Shown piece after piece: positions 63,751 to 64,000 of a stretch of 64,000 nt of DNA; positions within the stretch are counted from its first letter, which is position 1, and every line of letters begins with the position of its first letter. The position numbers and the translations under genes were made by a program. Source of the DNA: Bacteroidales bacterium (GTDB lineage: Bacteria; Bacteroidota; Bacteroidia; Bacteroidales; VadinHA17); the NCBI GenBank assembly GCA_003141415.1, contig PLLX01000182.1, positions 22,606 to 86,605 on the forward strand, in the 5' to 3' direction. The notes below the pieces were generated by a model. That model did not search any database, had not been told where the DNA came from, and was given only the letters and a program-made list of their open reading frames with translations.

Positions 63751-64000
63751 ATGAATGATAAACCTGTAGCTGTCATTACAGGGGCCAGCAGAGGCATCGG
63801 CAGGTCGGTTGCAATAGCTTTAGCAGCCGAAGGTTATGATATTGCAGCAATAGCCCGTTCTGTTGACAGTGAAGGTATGGAAATCCTTGGTCCCGAGATT
63901 GAAAAGATGGGAGCCCAGTTCTTCCCGATAGGTTTGGATATTTCATGTACAACCTGCCAGCAGGAAGTTGTAGCAAATATTCTAGAGAGATACGGCAGGA
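63751..64000 (+). CDS. Short-chain dehydrogenase/reductase (FabG-like), N-terminal part only; continues beyond the window
   Basis: MNDKPVAVITGASRGIGRSVAIALAAEGYD.. carries the classical TGxxxGxG SDR motif. The frame is open to the window end. Confidence 0.8.
   Translation, partial: MNDKPVAVITGASRGIGRSVAIALAAEGYDIAAIARSVDSEGMEILGPEIEKMGAQFFPIGLDISCTTCQQEVVANILERYGR

Noticed and set aside
1-64000. Genomic island, prophage or other mobile element
   Set aside because: There is no integrase, transposase, phage structural gene, flanking tRNA or direct-repeat boundary. The coding strand bias is uniform, and by eye the base composition shows no sharp boundary.

Overview
This is an AT-rich, densely coding chromosomal segment that looks like Bacteroidota. 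The inference rests on gene content: FISUMP, DUF3078, GH97/GH78/GH130, a TonB-dependent receptor, and a PadR-PspC module. There are about 55 intact protein genes. From 0.3 to 60.3 kb all but two are on the minus strand, and the strand flips to plus at about 60.3-60.7 kb. I found no rRNA, tRNA, CRISPR array, integrase or transposase. Content is mostly housekeeping or accessory envelope and small-molecule genes: a CrtI/CrtB-like pair, mscL, dgkA, trpF, a CDF transporter, VIT1, a Wzx-like flippase, glycoside hydrolases, and small detox-type enzymes.

Four things stand out.
1. A tight minus-strand operon at 37.4-49.7 kb, possibly extending to a GH130 gene at 36.2 kb. It encodes three giant MG2/alpha-2-macroglobulin-like secreted proteins, two of them tandem paralogues and the third carrying a TonB-receptor plug-like motif with no barrel. 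It also encodes an S41 peptidase with an N-terminal jelly-roll, a TonB, and a carboxypeptidase-regulatory-domain protein. This is my best candidate for an uncharacterised envelope system.
2. An unusually high density of collapsed gene remnants, about 10 in 64 kb. It includes a HerA-like DUF853 ATPase with an in-frame TAG next to its Walker A motif.
3. Several families of small non-coding repeats: inverted arrays of about 10-11 bp periodic CTnTGTG-type units at five loci, heptanucleotide-periodic tracts (one inside a glycosyltransferase CDS), GC-rich palindromes, and a 28-bp perfect palindrome terminator.
4. A Dak2-DegV (FakA-N/FakB-like) single-chain fusion.

All family calls are by-eye motif recognition. 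No searches were run.
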